Positions 51,601 to 61,869 of a stretch of DNA of 64,000 nt are shown here, piece by piece. The translations under genes and the position numbers were made by a program. Origin of the DNA: Alloascoidea hylecoeti. Lineage: Eukaryota. The notes beneath the pieces were generated by a model, which saw nothing but the letters and a program-made list of their open reading frames with translations, ran no database searches and was not told the origin of the DNA. Every line of letters starts with the position of its first letter. The first letter of the stretch is position 1. The stretch covers positions 1,103,474-1,167,473 of the forward strand of contig BCKZ01000003.1 of NCBI GenBank assembly GCA_001600815.1. The letters are read 5' to 3'.

Positions 51601-52551
51601 CTTTGGGTTTGCGAACCAATAATGTATTGCTTTCGGTAAAATATCATCATAATATTTGTCTTCTTTGATACCAAAAGCCCAATCCATAACACCTACCAAA
51701 ATCCCTCGCGAATCATTGTTGATCTTTAATTTTCCTTCATTATCCACAAGCCATGGCATTCCGAACTTTTTACCAATCTTGGCATAATCATCTGTTTCGA
51801 TTTTAGAAATATAATATGCAACGATTTTTTCCATTGCATCCCTAATACTACTCCTTAAACTTTGTTCATCATGAGCATCTATCCAAAGAATACTATCATA
51901 TATATCCTTTTTGGCACACCTAAATGCATATTCCAAAGCGATCTGCGATTTACCAATGCCACCTATTCCTTCTAGTATTATATAAGTTCTCCCACTGGTT
52001 TCATTTAATAATGAAGACATATATTCTAATATTTCTTCCCTTCCAGAAAAGTTCATATTTTGTAAAAATGGGATAAGACACCCCAACTTAAAATCATCTT
52101 CCCAAGGAACATCCTCTTGAACATAAAGCAGATCATCAACGAATTCTATGAACTTATCTGTATATTCTACAACATCAGTTGCCATTGTTGTCAAATAAGT
52201 CCTATCTTTTTCCCATTCTGTTCGTTTAACAAAATGTGGAGTATTTGAATTATATTCAATATTTCCATTAAGATCTGCATCGGCATAATAGATGAATAGC
52301 TTATTAGCTTTATGCATTCTAATCTGAACTGGTCTTAATAGAGTTATTGCCATTTTTGCATCATCTTCATCAAGCATAGCAATTTTTTCTTTATATTTAT
52401 CCAACCTATAGGAAGACTCGGAAAAGCTTACAAATAGGTCGATTATTCGGTTATCCATTTGTCTTCCTTCATTAAACCTTGCGTTAACATTACTAACACC
52501 AGCCATTACCAGTTCCAATAGTTTAACAACATCGAGATTTGCGCTAGACAT
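48622..52551 (-). CDS. Fungal NLR-like STAND protein: helical HeLo-like N-terminus, NB-ARC and TPR array
   Basis: FSGREEIL, Walker A GIGGIGKS, Walker B WLIIVDNMND, VIITSR, YPMALEIVG, MVHPVIH. From about aa 610 there are many ~42-aa TPRs with G.xHP.TL linkers. Intronless. Confidence 0.93.
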   Translation of the reverse strand: MSSANLDVVKLLELVMAGVSNVNARFNEGRQMDNRIIDLFVSFSESSYRLDKYKEKIAMLDEDDAKMAITLLRPVQIRMHKANKLFIYYADADLNGNIEYNSNTPHFVKRTEWEKDRTYLTTMATDVVEYTDKFIEFVDDLLYVQEDVPWEDDFKLGCLIPFLQNMNFSGREEILEYMSSLLNETSGRTYIILEGIGGIGKSQIALEYAFRCAKKDIYDSILWIDAHDEQSLRSSIRDAMEKIVAYYISKIETDDYAKIGKKFGMPWLVDNEGKLKINNDSRGILVGVMDWAFGIKEDKYYDDILPKAIHYWFANPKNKNWLIIVDNMNDPNFNYKTLKETFRFPSCDWGKVIITSRSKGSNFFARSIGTCIKVDDPGIDTGVELLLKASDQMKSDLSADELSAAKGISQMLNNYPMALEIVGANISANLSSFTKYKEKLEQDDQFLFQKNLIGQKDAIDLTFLVPYKSLSANAWHVLNLFSFFHNLNITKPLVQKHGGKFIGWLEDESLYDNAVHELQIYSLAYITSNSEDKTLILMVHPVIHRWIRSRLDETQTLLYGRIAVMIISEILSTGDPTTERRYWISIYPHIVAVLKVADEIFSETWDEELLHGLGKIATCLAQLCLYHQASIIFEKLLNRYRIIYEYETNNINTIKAEEGLASSYYFLGRYTEALELYKKALKGREHNSGIHDPASLAVQRYLGSLYKNLGNYEQSLMLLQDVVARSTLHLGDSHLETITDRKTLGLLYKDIGNYKDAMTLLTESLESYRLVSGDDNPDTIDTLLSLGELYIILGEYKKSYTLLIKANSMFEELYGEEHPATLKAIECLGMLEWRLGEYEEAKTRLEKTLTYQKKIFGDGHPKVLKIIGDLGSIYQSLGDYKRSLELSLQAINGYEDSLGETHTKTLHCVLVAGISYHRLEEFDKAMIMLQRALKGLENIPQSTDLAFAMLNIGKIYLIRSEYMRAEELLKRAHYEFNRLFNKTHPNTLAALITLGTLYNEMGHTRKALKLFTEALDGYEDSTSSRLPNVSTIFENIGQAYLKQSEYNSALKSLKQALTNREKYLGDKHPTTLRIIKDIGFTYWRRGDYDTAKKFLERSLEGFDSLGYKNSAKLDSLSGIGLVYTELKQPKRAMEYFQKSVKGYEELFGPNHPNTVSVIDNMGMAFDKVKDYDEALKHYKSALMRCNRFKVNQFILPLTINYHIAGVYVHQRRYKEAKQLLEGVITGYADKLTENLLDIFKIKERLGVVYSRLGQYTKAVILLDESCKGYESLLGERKPDTLRVKKEIKSLKRLKKIETIKNFFVFSHRT

Positions 52552-52582
52552 GATAATTAGTATTATTTAAGCCGATGTATAT

Positions 52583-52622
52583 TGTGAAATTATCGATATG
52601 AATGTGAAATTATCGATATGAA
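52583..52622. repeat. Perfect 20-bp tandem duplication just upstream of the NLR start
   Basis: tgtgaaattatcgatatgaa x2. Confidence 0.9.
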
Positions 52623-53649
52623 TGTATTGATTATTAAGGTGAGTTTTAATACTAATAGAATTTAACGTGAGACAAAACTTAAAAAGAAGAGAAAATCATT
52701 TTGTGACTAGTTACTAGTTAAGACCTAACACCAATAAGGATCGAAAAAATTTCTTCATATAACCTAAACCATTTTCGTTAATATAAATATAGATTTAATT
52801 ATAATTATTCTAATATATTTTAAATTTGGCAACAAAATGTGTTGAACACAGGCTCAATAAATCTATATGTTAAAAACACAACTGTTTTATTTTAGAGAGA
52901 GCCTGTAAAACGTATATGACTGTGGCAGTTTCCATCCCAATTGATACCCTTGATGATCAGAAGAGGAAGAAAAAGAATATTTATTACACCTGGTTATCTA
53001 ATCAGGAAATATTACGTAGTCATATGTATTTGAGAAGGAGAATAAGCATAATTACTCGGACTGTATCACGTGTATACTTTTCCTAATAAGTCAATTGATT
53101 ATAATTATAATACCAGTAGTTGCGGTAAAGACAGTTAGCTATCTTATGTTCATGATCATGAATTGAATATCTCGAATTTATGTGATCATTTTCTTAAGAT
53201 GTACCAGTATAAAAATAAATTTAAGTACTTCGAAGTTAGAATAGGGAACTATTGCAATTGGTGCAAATATACACAAAGAATTCTTCGGCTGTGAAAAACA
53301 AAAGAATGCATTTTGAATTTTAATAATCACAATACATTAGTTCATTAGGTGAGAAGAATGCTTTTTGTAAATTTTGAATGAGAAGTCCGTGTAATCAATT
53401 AGTTTCTGAGATGGCTACCTCATTATACATAATCGGCAAATTTGACGAAACGAATTCGTCAAAATACACAAAACAGTCAATTAGCTTCTTAAATGAGAGA
53501 TACCTTTCTTCATTGGAGCTAGGCACTTAATATGCAAAAGAAATTCTAGATTTGATTTTTAGGGCTTGGTAATTTTGTCAGTCGTGATAATACATTGATC
53601 ATTTGAATTTTACTTTATATTCGGTTACTAGAATATAATTTCGTTGTAG

Positions 53650-53985
53650 CTACCCATTAGATTTTGTATTCATTGTATCTCTTTATCTTATCACCATGTT
53701 ATTTGAGATTTTTTTTTCATCCCAAACATTTTGACAATAAAATACCCCAATCTATTTTATTTAATAGTTCCGGTGGTGATCCTCCAAATTTGATGCTTCT
53801 TCTAACTTCCAGTACGTTTGAGATGAAGAGGCCTTTCTTTTTTATATTTTTTCCTTCTTTATCTATTATCAGATTTTTGATATTTATTGTTTCTAGAATT
53901 TTCACTTTATTACACTCTTCAAAAATATGATTAATATCATCTTTTCCATTTTGGCAAAGACTACAAATATCTGATTTGTGCTACA
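53650..53985 (-). mobile_element. 5'-truncated L1-like non-LTR retrotransposon remnant (ORF2 C-terminal zinc knuckle)
   Basis: CSLCQNGKDDINHIFEEC (C-x2-C-x8-H-x4-C, first Cys codon 53965-53963) followed by ..LFISNVLEVRRSIKFGG, in frame with the 53717-53905 ORF. Confidence 0.65.
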
Positions 53986-54059
53986 TAATAACAAATTAAT
54001 CATGAAATTAGTGTGCGAATCTTTATATAAAAGAAGAAAGTTTTACATGCAATGTCAAG

Positions 54060-54130
54060 GCGTTAGTGGTTTAGCGGTAAAATTCTTCGTTGCCATCGAA
54101 GAGCCCCCGGTTCGACTCCGGGCTGACGCA
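54060..54130 (+). tRNA. tRNA-Gly(GCC), intronless
   Basis: Acceptor GCGTTAG/CTGACGC+A, anticodon arm CTTCG-TTGCCAT-CGAAG, T-arm CCCGG-TTCGACT-CCGGG, followed by a T5 terminator. Confidence 0.97.
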
Positions 54131-55559
54131 TGTTTTTGGTATGTCTTCTTTTAGAAGAAAAATTCTTTAGTATTTTTTAAATATAGTATTTATAGAAAAA
54201 GCAGTTTGATATAGAGCCTTAACACTTGAAAAAAAAAAAAAAAAATTTTACCTTTTTAACGAGGCCTTGATGACTAAGCTATAATGCTCAATTGTATTTG
54301 TTATTTTTGTCTGTCATTTTATACATAAATCTTTGGTTGTTAAGTAAAAAGTCTAGCTAAATTAGATATACTTGAAATAATTCCGAAAATACACATATTA
54401 AAGTGATGAAAAATGCTCTTGAATATGGCGAAATCGGAATGGAAAAACTATAAAATTGTAGAAGGTATGCATAATATTTGTATATGCATATGCGTCTAAG
54501 ATAATAAAGTCGGATATTATCTCTAGATCTACACCGTAATCAATACTAATCATAATATCATATCATAGTCATAGTAATCACAAACTTGGATTGGGACCTG
54601 GGGGCTGCTGGTTGAATGGTTCCAAATTCCAATTGTAATTGTCGTACCTGAGTCGTGTAACTAACTTACCACTTACGAAGTAACGCAAAATTTAAACTTG
54701 AGACATGCATAAAATGTAGTTATTGGTAAATTATAGATGAACTTTCATTTTTCGCAGCAAAGTTTAGAGCTCAATCGTGCAAGTCCTAGACGTTGAATGA
54801 AATACATATGAGTGCGGGTTCTGTTTACTACAATTATCTGGTTAGATTCATGATTATAATCTATGATCGATTGTATATTTAACACGTGGCTCATATATTA
54901 TGCTCACAAGGAAAAGGAAGTTATTACGTATACGGTTACGGTATACGCTTTAAGTTTATAAACATTCAATATAATAGCTAAGGATGATTTACCGAATATT
55001 TAATTATAACAATTGCGAACTGATCATGAAATATAATCACTGCATTTATTCATGCGAGAGAAGCGATTTCGCGTATATTTTGTGTAACAGAAAATAAAAA
55101 TGACACAACTGAATATTTTCAAAGTTCATGAAACCGAGACTTTGAAACACTTGGAAGATATCAATTTCGAGTGATATTGAAGACAATAAAAGATCCCTTC
55201 GAGAAACATCGTTATTCGCTTCTGGAACATTTAGAAAAACAAACGGTTCATCTTCCATTAAATTAAAAAAGAAATGTAAAGAACTTGAAACTCAAAACAT
55301 TATTGCAGCTGCTTGCTTGTGCCCTTTGTTTTCTTCATAATCAGGATACCCCAATGATTGGTATTAGTACTGTTAGTATTTGTTACCCAGGCGGTTTTCT
55401 GTGTTTGACTTCATTTCTTCTGAATTCTAATTGAAAATAATTGACTGAGCCATTATTTGAAAAATGTCAGGGGTATTTAAAAGAGGAGAATATCACTGTT
55501 GATCTCACTTTCCCTTCATTATTAACAAATTTGAAAAAAATTACTTCAATTTTGACATT

Positions 55560-56799
55560 ATGCTTCTGAAATTTATAGGCATTACTTTTATCATTAGCTT
55601 TGCTTCTGCAGATTCTTGTGCTGAGTTGTACTATCAATGTGGTGGTAAGTAATCTCCTTTCACAATTTCAATCCTACTGTTGAAATATTAATATGAATTC
55701 GCAAATTAACAATTCGCTAGGTTCAAACTGGTCGGGTGCTACATGCTGTGCTACTGGTACTTGCTCATCTCAAAACCCATATTATTATCAATGTGTTGCA
55801 ACTTCAGGTGCTACTAACGTAGATGCTGCTTCTGCAGCCGCTACACAACAAACTTCAACAGTTGCTGTTCAGCAAGAGACCACAATCTCTAGTACCATTC
55901 AGCAGGAAGCAACAACAAGTGTAGTTGTTCAACAGCAAGAAACAACGCAAGCTGGAGATAGTTATGGTACTACTCAATATGGAGAAGATATTAGTTATTC
56001 TACCATGGCTGCTAAACAGACAACGGTAGTTGAAGAATCAGAGAATGCGGAAACAACTGCAACAATTCAGGTACAAGCTGATACGACGTCAGCTACCAGT
56101 ATAACCAACGCTGTAAAGGATATTACAGTTTCTTCTGATACAACTGCACAAGCTGCTGCAACTACAACTTCAGAGGCTGTTGCCACTACATCATCATCAA
56201 ATGGTGTTACTACATCTGCTGCTACCACTGAAGTTGACAATGGAACTTCAAGCTTCTCTCTCACTGCTTACCCAGGCGAGGACGAATATGCTGATTGTAC
56301 TGAAGTCTATGCTACATGTGGTGGTAGTGCCTACTCTGGACCAACATGTTGTTATTATGGAAGCTACTGCTCAACAGTAAATGAAGCTTATGCTCAATGT
56401 TCTCCAACTTCAATTGTCAATTCTGTTGAAACTGCCGCTGTTACACAAGATGGTGCTGCATCTTCAAGCCGGGATTGGTATTATGGTCGCGGTACCTATT
56501 GGGGACCTTCAGATGGTAATGCTTGTCAAATGAAGAATGGTTACAATGATGAATCTATGGTTGTTGCTATTGGTATTGATACTTATGAAGCAGGTAATTT
56601 AAGCAGCACTTACGTTAGTGACTACTGTGGTAGAAAAATTAGAGCTTGGTATGGAGAGAAATATGTTGATGTTACTGTGATNGATGCTTGTGGTTCGTGT
56701 GACAAGTATAGTCTTGACTTTTCACCCAGTGCTTTTAATACACTGGCATCATCTAATGATGGTGTTATTGGTATTGTTTGGACATTCACTGATGAGTAG
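55560..56799 (+). CDS. Secreted CBM1-linker-CBM1-DPBB (expansin/loosenin-like) protein, copy 1; intron 55645-55720
   Basis: Signal MLLKFIGITFIISFASA; CBM1 CAELYYQCG|GSNWSGATCC..NPYYYQC; second CBM1 YATCGGSAYSGPTCC..AYAQC; RlpA-like DPBB GRGTYW..NAC..VVAI..CGRKI..VTVxDAC..LDFSPSAF. Confidence 0.9.
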
Positions 56800-58089
56800 T
56801 TTATAAAATCATTGAATAATTTTATGTAAATTTTGCTTTTAATTACGTATACGGCTTTAAATAGTTTTCAATCATCTAAGACACCCGTAAATTTGTGTTT
56901 AGATTATTTCTCTGACCGAGTAATGGGGGAAGTTGCAAAGAGGTTTTAAAATTTTTAATTAAAAAATAAATGACGCTGTAACTTACAATCAGTTTGCAAT
57001 TCCAAATTATAACCTTATAAGAGTAACTTGATAACTAGCTATAAGTTCCTATAACTTTAAATTTTAATATTATTATACGTGATATAATTTATAACTTATA
57101 CATATGCATATCATAGCAATAAAATAATACCTTAACCAGTACTAGTATGTTAACATCATATCGGACTCAATTACAATTTCAACTAATTACCATTTTAGGA
57201 TCATAGTTTATAATTATGCATCTTCTTACATCAATATCATAACTAATTTAGAACACCTCGTTTACAAATATTAGTCCTTCCTTTGAATTATATGTTCAGA
57301 TACTAGATCCACTAAGTTTCTATCACTTTTTGTACTATTGCTTATACTTAGAGGCATTCAGCGATGTGTTTGAATAAATATTAAGTTTAAAGGTTGACCG
57401 GATATTACTATGATCAAGTAGAAGCGCTGGGTCCAGCAAATAAATGGGTGGGAATTGCTTATATATGTACGATCGTAAACATGTATTTAAATTTGTTCAT
57501 AATTGAATAGTAAAGAGGATTAATGGGGACATATAATATATAGGCTATATGGAACTTAATAATAAGATGTTATAGTTATAGGATGTTTTCCTCAATATAT
57601 TTAAACGTTAAGTTCATTTCATTTACAGCTGTTCATGTTTAAGATGATTTTATATGGAAAGATAATAAACATGAAACTGAATCGCAAAATTTAAAGCGTA
57701 TACGTAATTATAACAATATATTCAAGCAAGATGCCAAGACTTTGAATTTGAAACAATTGAAGTAACTTATAATTATAATATCTTGAGATTTAAAGTCAAA
57801 ACACAACTACAGCTGCGCGATCAATTATACATTTAAAGTCTATTAGTCACTCTTGTCTTCTAGTTTGATGAGTATTATGTATTAAAATTAATACTATTCT
57901 CATTGTTGTAACGAAAGTCCCAGGCGGTCTTGTATTTGACTGTTACTTCTAAATTCCAAACGAAAACAATAATGAAGCCAAATCTTGAAAAGACCCATGG
58001 ATATTTAAAAGAAAGAATACCCCAATATATCTCATTATTTTGTCATCAGCAAAATTTTTGAACCCAATTACAGCTTCAATCTTGACATT

Positions 58090-59229
58090 ATGCTTCTGAA
58101 ATTTATAGGCATCACTTTTATCGTTGGCTTTGCTTCGGCAGATTCTTGTGCTGAATTATACCAACAATGTGGTGGTAAGTATTAGACATAAAAATATATT
58201 ACTATTATTTTTAACATTAACAATCCTAATTCGTAATACTTAGGCTCAAGCTGGACGGGTGCTACATGCTGTGCTACTGGTACTTGCTCATCGCAAAACT
58301 CATATTATTATCAATGTGTTTCAACTTCAGGTGCTACTAACATAGATGCTGCTACACAACAAACTTTAACAGTTGCTGTTCAGCAAGAGACCACAATCTC
58401 TAGTACCATTCAGCAGGAAACAACAACAAGTGTAGTTGTTCAACAGCAAGAAACAACGCAAGCTGGAGATAGTTATGGGACTACTCAATACGGAGAAGAT
58501 ATTAGTTATTCTACCATGGCTGCTAAACAGACAACGGTAGTTGAAGAATCAGAGAGTGTAGGAACTACAGCAACTTCACAAGCTGCTGCAACTACAACTT
58601 CAGAGGCTGTTGCCACTACATCGTCATCAAATGGTGTTACTACATCTGCTGCTACCACTGAAGTTGACAATGGAACTTCAAGCTTCTCTCTCACTGCTTA
58701 CCCAGGCGAGGACGAATATGCTGATTGTACTGAAGTCTATGCTACATGTGGTGGTAGTGCCTACTCTGGACCAACATGTTGTTATTATGGAAGCTACTGC
58801 TCAACAGTAAATGAAGCTTATGCTCAATGTTCTCCAACTTCAATTGTCAATTCTGTTGAAACTGCCGCTGTTACACAAGATGGTGCTGCATCTTCAAGCC
58901 GGGATTGGTATTATGGTCGCGGTACATATTGGGGACCTTCAGATGGTAATGCTTGTCAAATGAAGAATGGTTACAATGATGAATCTATGGTTGTTGCTAT
59001 TGGTATTGATACTTATGAAGCAGGTAATTTAAGCAGCACTTACGTTAGTGACTACTGTGGTAGAAAAATTAGAGCTTGGTATGGAGAGAAATATGTTGAT
59101 GTTACTGTGATNGATGCTTGTGGTTCGTGTGACAAGTATAGTCTTGACTTTTCACCCAGTGCTTTTAATACACTGGCATCATCTAATGATGGTGTTATTG
59201 GTATTGTTTGGACATTCACTGATGAGTAG
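58090..59229 (+). CDS. Secreted CBM1-CBM1-DPBB protein, copy 2 with shorter linker; intron 58175-58243
   Basis: Same signal peptide and intron position as copy 1. The 3' ~650 nt are nearly identical to copy 1. Confidence 0.9.
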
Positions 59230-59799
59230 TTTATACAATCATTGATCAATAATTTTATATTTTCAAAACTTTTTTATTTAGCATGTGATTCTACGTTTAC
59301 GTATATACGACTCTAAATACAGCTTTAAACCTTGATCATTTAAATACATATCTAGATTTCTGTCTTATACCTCGAAGTACGAGTACTAGTACTGGTGAAT
59401 CAATGGTGATTGTTATATCGTAGTTTCTAGCTAGGGGTTGAGAAGCCATTTTTACTGATATTGCAAATTTGAATTCTCTTTGCTGGTTTTAAATTTATTA
59501 TATAAATGGAATTACCTGTAATCTCGGTCAACGGAATTACAGAAGTCATTCTATGTTAATCTATGGAATATTTAGAAAAATTGTATTAACTCCCATCTGG
59601 GTATACCATGAAATATAGTGATCTAACAGCAGCTGAGCCGCGTTCAGCCAAATGCATACCGATATATCTCATATTCTTGAAATCTCTATGTATAAGTCTG
59701 ATGTTTTGCGTGGTGATGAGTGGTGGCTGGTTTAAAAAAAAGTAAGTTTTACGCGCCGCATTTTTTGGAGGTGTATTTTTCCCATTGGAAGGTGCTCAT

Positions 59800-60560
59800 A
59801 CATTATATGATTACTATATTGACAGTTTATATCGGTATATTTCGGGTTTATAAGCCTATAGTATTGTTAACGTTATTGATTAATTTTGGATAGCTATTGG
59901 CTGTTTTTTGGGCTTAATGTATGACTCAGAATCACAACATAAGAAATATTTCCTAATTCAGATATTAAAGTTAAAAAATATACTTTTGAGTGATTTTACT
60001 GAGTCAGATGCAATCAATCTATCTGCATAAAATCATATTAGAAGAAGCACAACTCAAATAATATCTAATTGACCTTAAACGGCAATATGACTATATTTGT
60101 TTGGTCTGTGATACTAATTGTGGTCGAAGTAGTGCTGGGCCGGGTATTGAGTTAAAAGGATAACTACAATATTAATATTGACATACATCCACAGTGTTAT
60201 AGTAATAGGATGTATATCTACCATATGACGTCGAGTTTCTATCCCGGTATCTTTCGGGTTCATAAATCGATTTAACTGTTATTGAGTAAGTTTTTAATTT
60301 GTTATCCAAAATCCTGAATAGCTATTGGCTATGTTTTTAACTTAATGCATGACTCGGAATCACTTCTTAAAATATTTCCAAATTCAGATATTAAAGTTAA
60401 ATGAGTGATTTTACTGAGTCGTAAAAAATGGTATTTGCTATTTGGAGGATCAACGTCTAAAATGACTACTAATTGACCTTGTATTGCCGTTTAAGGTAAT
60501 ATGACTACTTCATTCGAAGTTCATCGTAGTCATGATACAGGATGAATCCCAATAATCATA
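59800..60560 (+). repeat. Diverged ~420-bp tandem duplication in the THI5 promoter
   Basis: Shared blocks: ggtat.tttcgggtt.ataa (59834 and 60246), atagctattggct..atgactc.gaatcac..aattcagatattaaagttaaa..tgagtgattttactgagtc (~59890-60006 and ~60318-60420), and aattgacctt..aatatgacta. Confidence 0.8.
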
Positions 60561-60846
60561 TAACGATTGGCAAGATCTTCTTTGATTTTTAACTAAATAT
60601 CTAATGTTTTCTTTAGATTTCTTAGCTTTCTTCTGATAATTATTTATTAATTTCAAGGTTACTTGAAAGCAATTTTATAATTATCATAATTAGATTCAGT
60701 GAAATGAATTTTCATAACCTTAGGAACTAATATAAAAGGCCCCTTTTCACTTCCAAAAATGATTCAAAATTAATATAATCAATCAATTGATAATTACTCT
60801 TTGATTTAAATTCTGACTCCTCTTCCAAGCTTTTATTCTTTTAACT

Positions 60847-61869
60847 ATGACTACTAAGAAAATCACTTTCTCTCTTAACTGGGAAGCTACTCCTTATCAT
60901 ATTCCAATTTACCTGGCTCAACATCGTGGTTATTTTAAAGAGAATGATTTGGACATCGCAATTTTGGAACCGGGAAATCCTTCAGATGTTACTGAACTCA
61001 TTGGATCTGGCAAGGTTGACATGGGATTAAAAGCCATGATTCATACCCTAGCTGCTAAAGCCCGTGGTTTTCCAGTAACCTCTATTGGTTCTCTATTGGA
61101 CGAACCGTTTACTGGTGTTCTATACTTGGAAGGATCTGGAATCACCACTGATTTTCAATCATTGAAAGGTAAAAGAATTGGTTACGTGGGTGAGTTTGGT
61201 AAAATTCAATTGGATGAATTGACTAAACATTACGGAATGACTCCTGATGATTATATTGCAGTTAGATGTGGTATGAATGTTGCTAGATATATCATAGAAG
61301 GAAAGATCGATGGTGGAATTGGTATCGAATGTGTTCAACAAGTTGAGCTTGAAGAATTTTTGAGATCTGAAGGTCGCGATATTAATGAAGCTAAAATGTT
61401 GAGAATTGATAAACTCGCTGAATTAGGATGCTGTTGTTTCTGTACTATTTTGTACATTGCAAATGATAACTTCTTAGCCGCAAATCCTACTGTCGCTCCA
61501 AGATTCATGAAAGCAATTAAGAAGGCCACCGACTTTATTATTCAGGAACCAAGGGATGCATATGATGAGTATATTGCTATAAAGCCACGTATGGCATCGG
61601 TTTTGAACCAAAGAATATTCGAAAGATCATTTGCTTATTTCTCAGAGTCTTGTTATAATGTTCACCGTGATTGGAGAAAAGTTACTAATTATGGAAAAAG
61701 ATTGGAAATTGTTCCTCAAGATTTCAAATCTAACTATACCAATAAATATTTGTCATGGCCTGAACCAGAAGAAGTTAAGGATCCTTTGGATGCTCAAAGA
61801 CAAATGTTTGATCATCAAGATCTTTGCAAGTTTAATGGTGGTTGCAGAAGATTAAAACTTTCTTCATAA
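60847..61869 (+). CDS. THI5: HMP-P synthase (Thi5/Nmt1 family)
   Basis: [49 protein letters not shown]. Confidence 0.97.
   Translation: MTTKKITFSLNWEATPYHIPIYLAQHRGYFKENDLDIAILEPGNPSDVTELIGSGKVDMGLKAMIHTLAAKARGFPVTSIGSLLDEPFTGVLYLEGSGITTDFQSLKGKRIGYVGEFGKIQLDELTKHYGMTPDDYIAVRCGMNVARYIIEGKIDGGIGIECVQQVELEEFLRSEGRDINEAKMLRIDKLAELGCCCFCTILYIANDNFLAANPTVAPRFMKAIKKATDFIIQEPRDAYDEYIAIKPRMASVLNQRIFERSFAYFSESCYNVHRDWRKVTNYGKRLEIVPQDFKSNYTNKYLSWPEPEEVKDPLDAQRQMFDHQDLCKFNGGCRRLKLSS

Noticed and set aside
45514..52551. Functional link between MKT1 (killer-virus maintenance) and the adjacent NLR
   Set aside because: Adjacency only; MKT1 is a conserved housekeeping regulator.
53439..53464. 9-bp hairpin tttgacgaa/ttcgtcaaa
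   Set aside because: Short and isolated; expected by chance in AT-rich DNA.
60560..60846. TPP riboswitch in a THI5/NMT1 5' intron
   Set aside because: No intron signals and no CTGAGA...TGAT...GCG aptamer core between the TATA box and the ATG.
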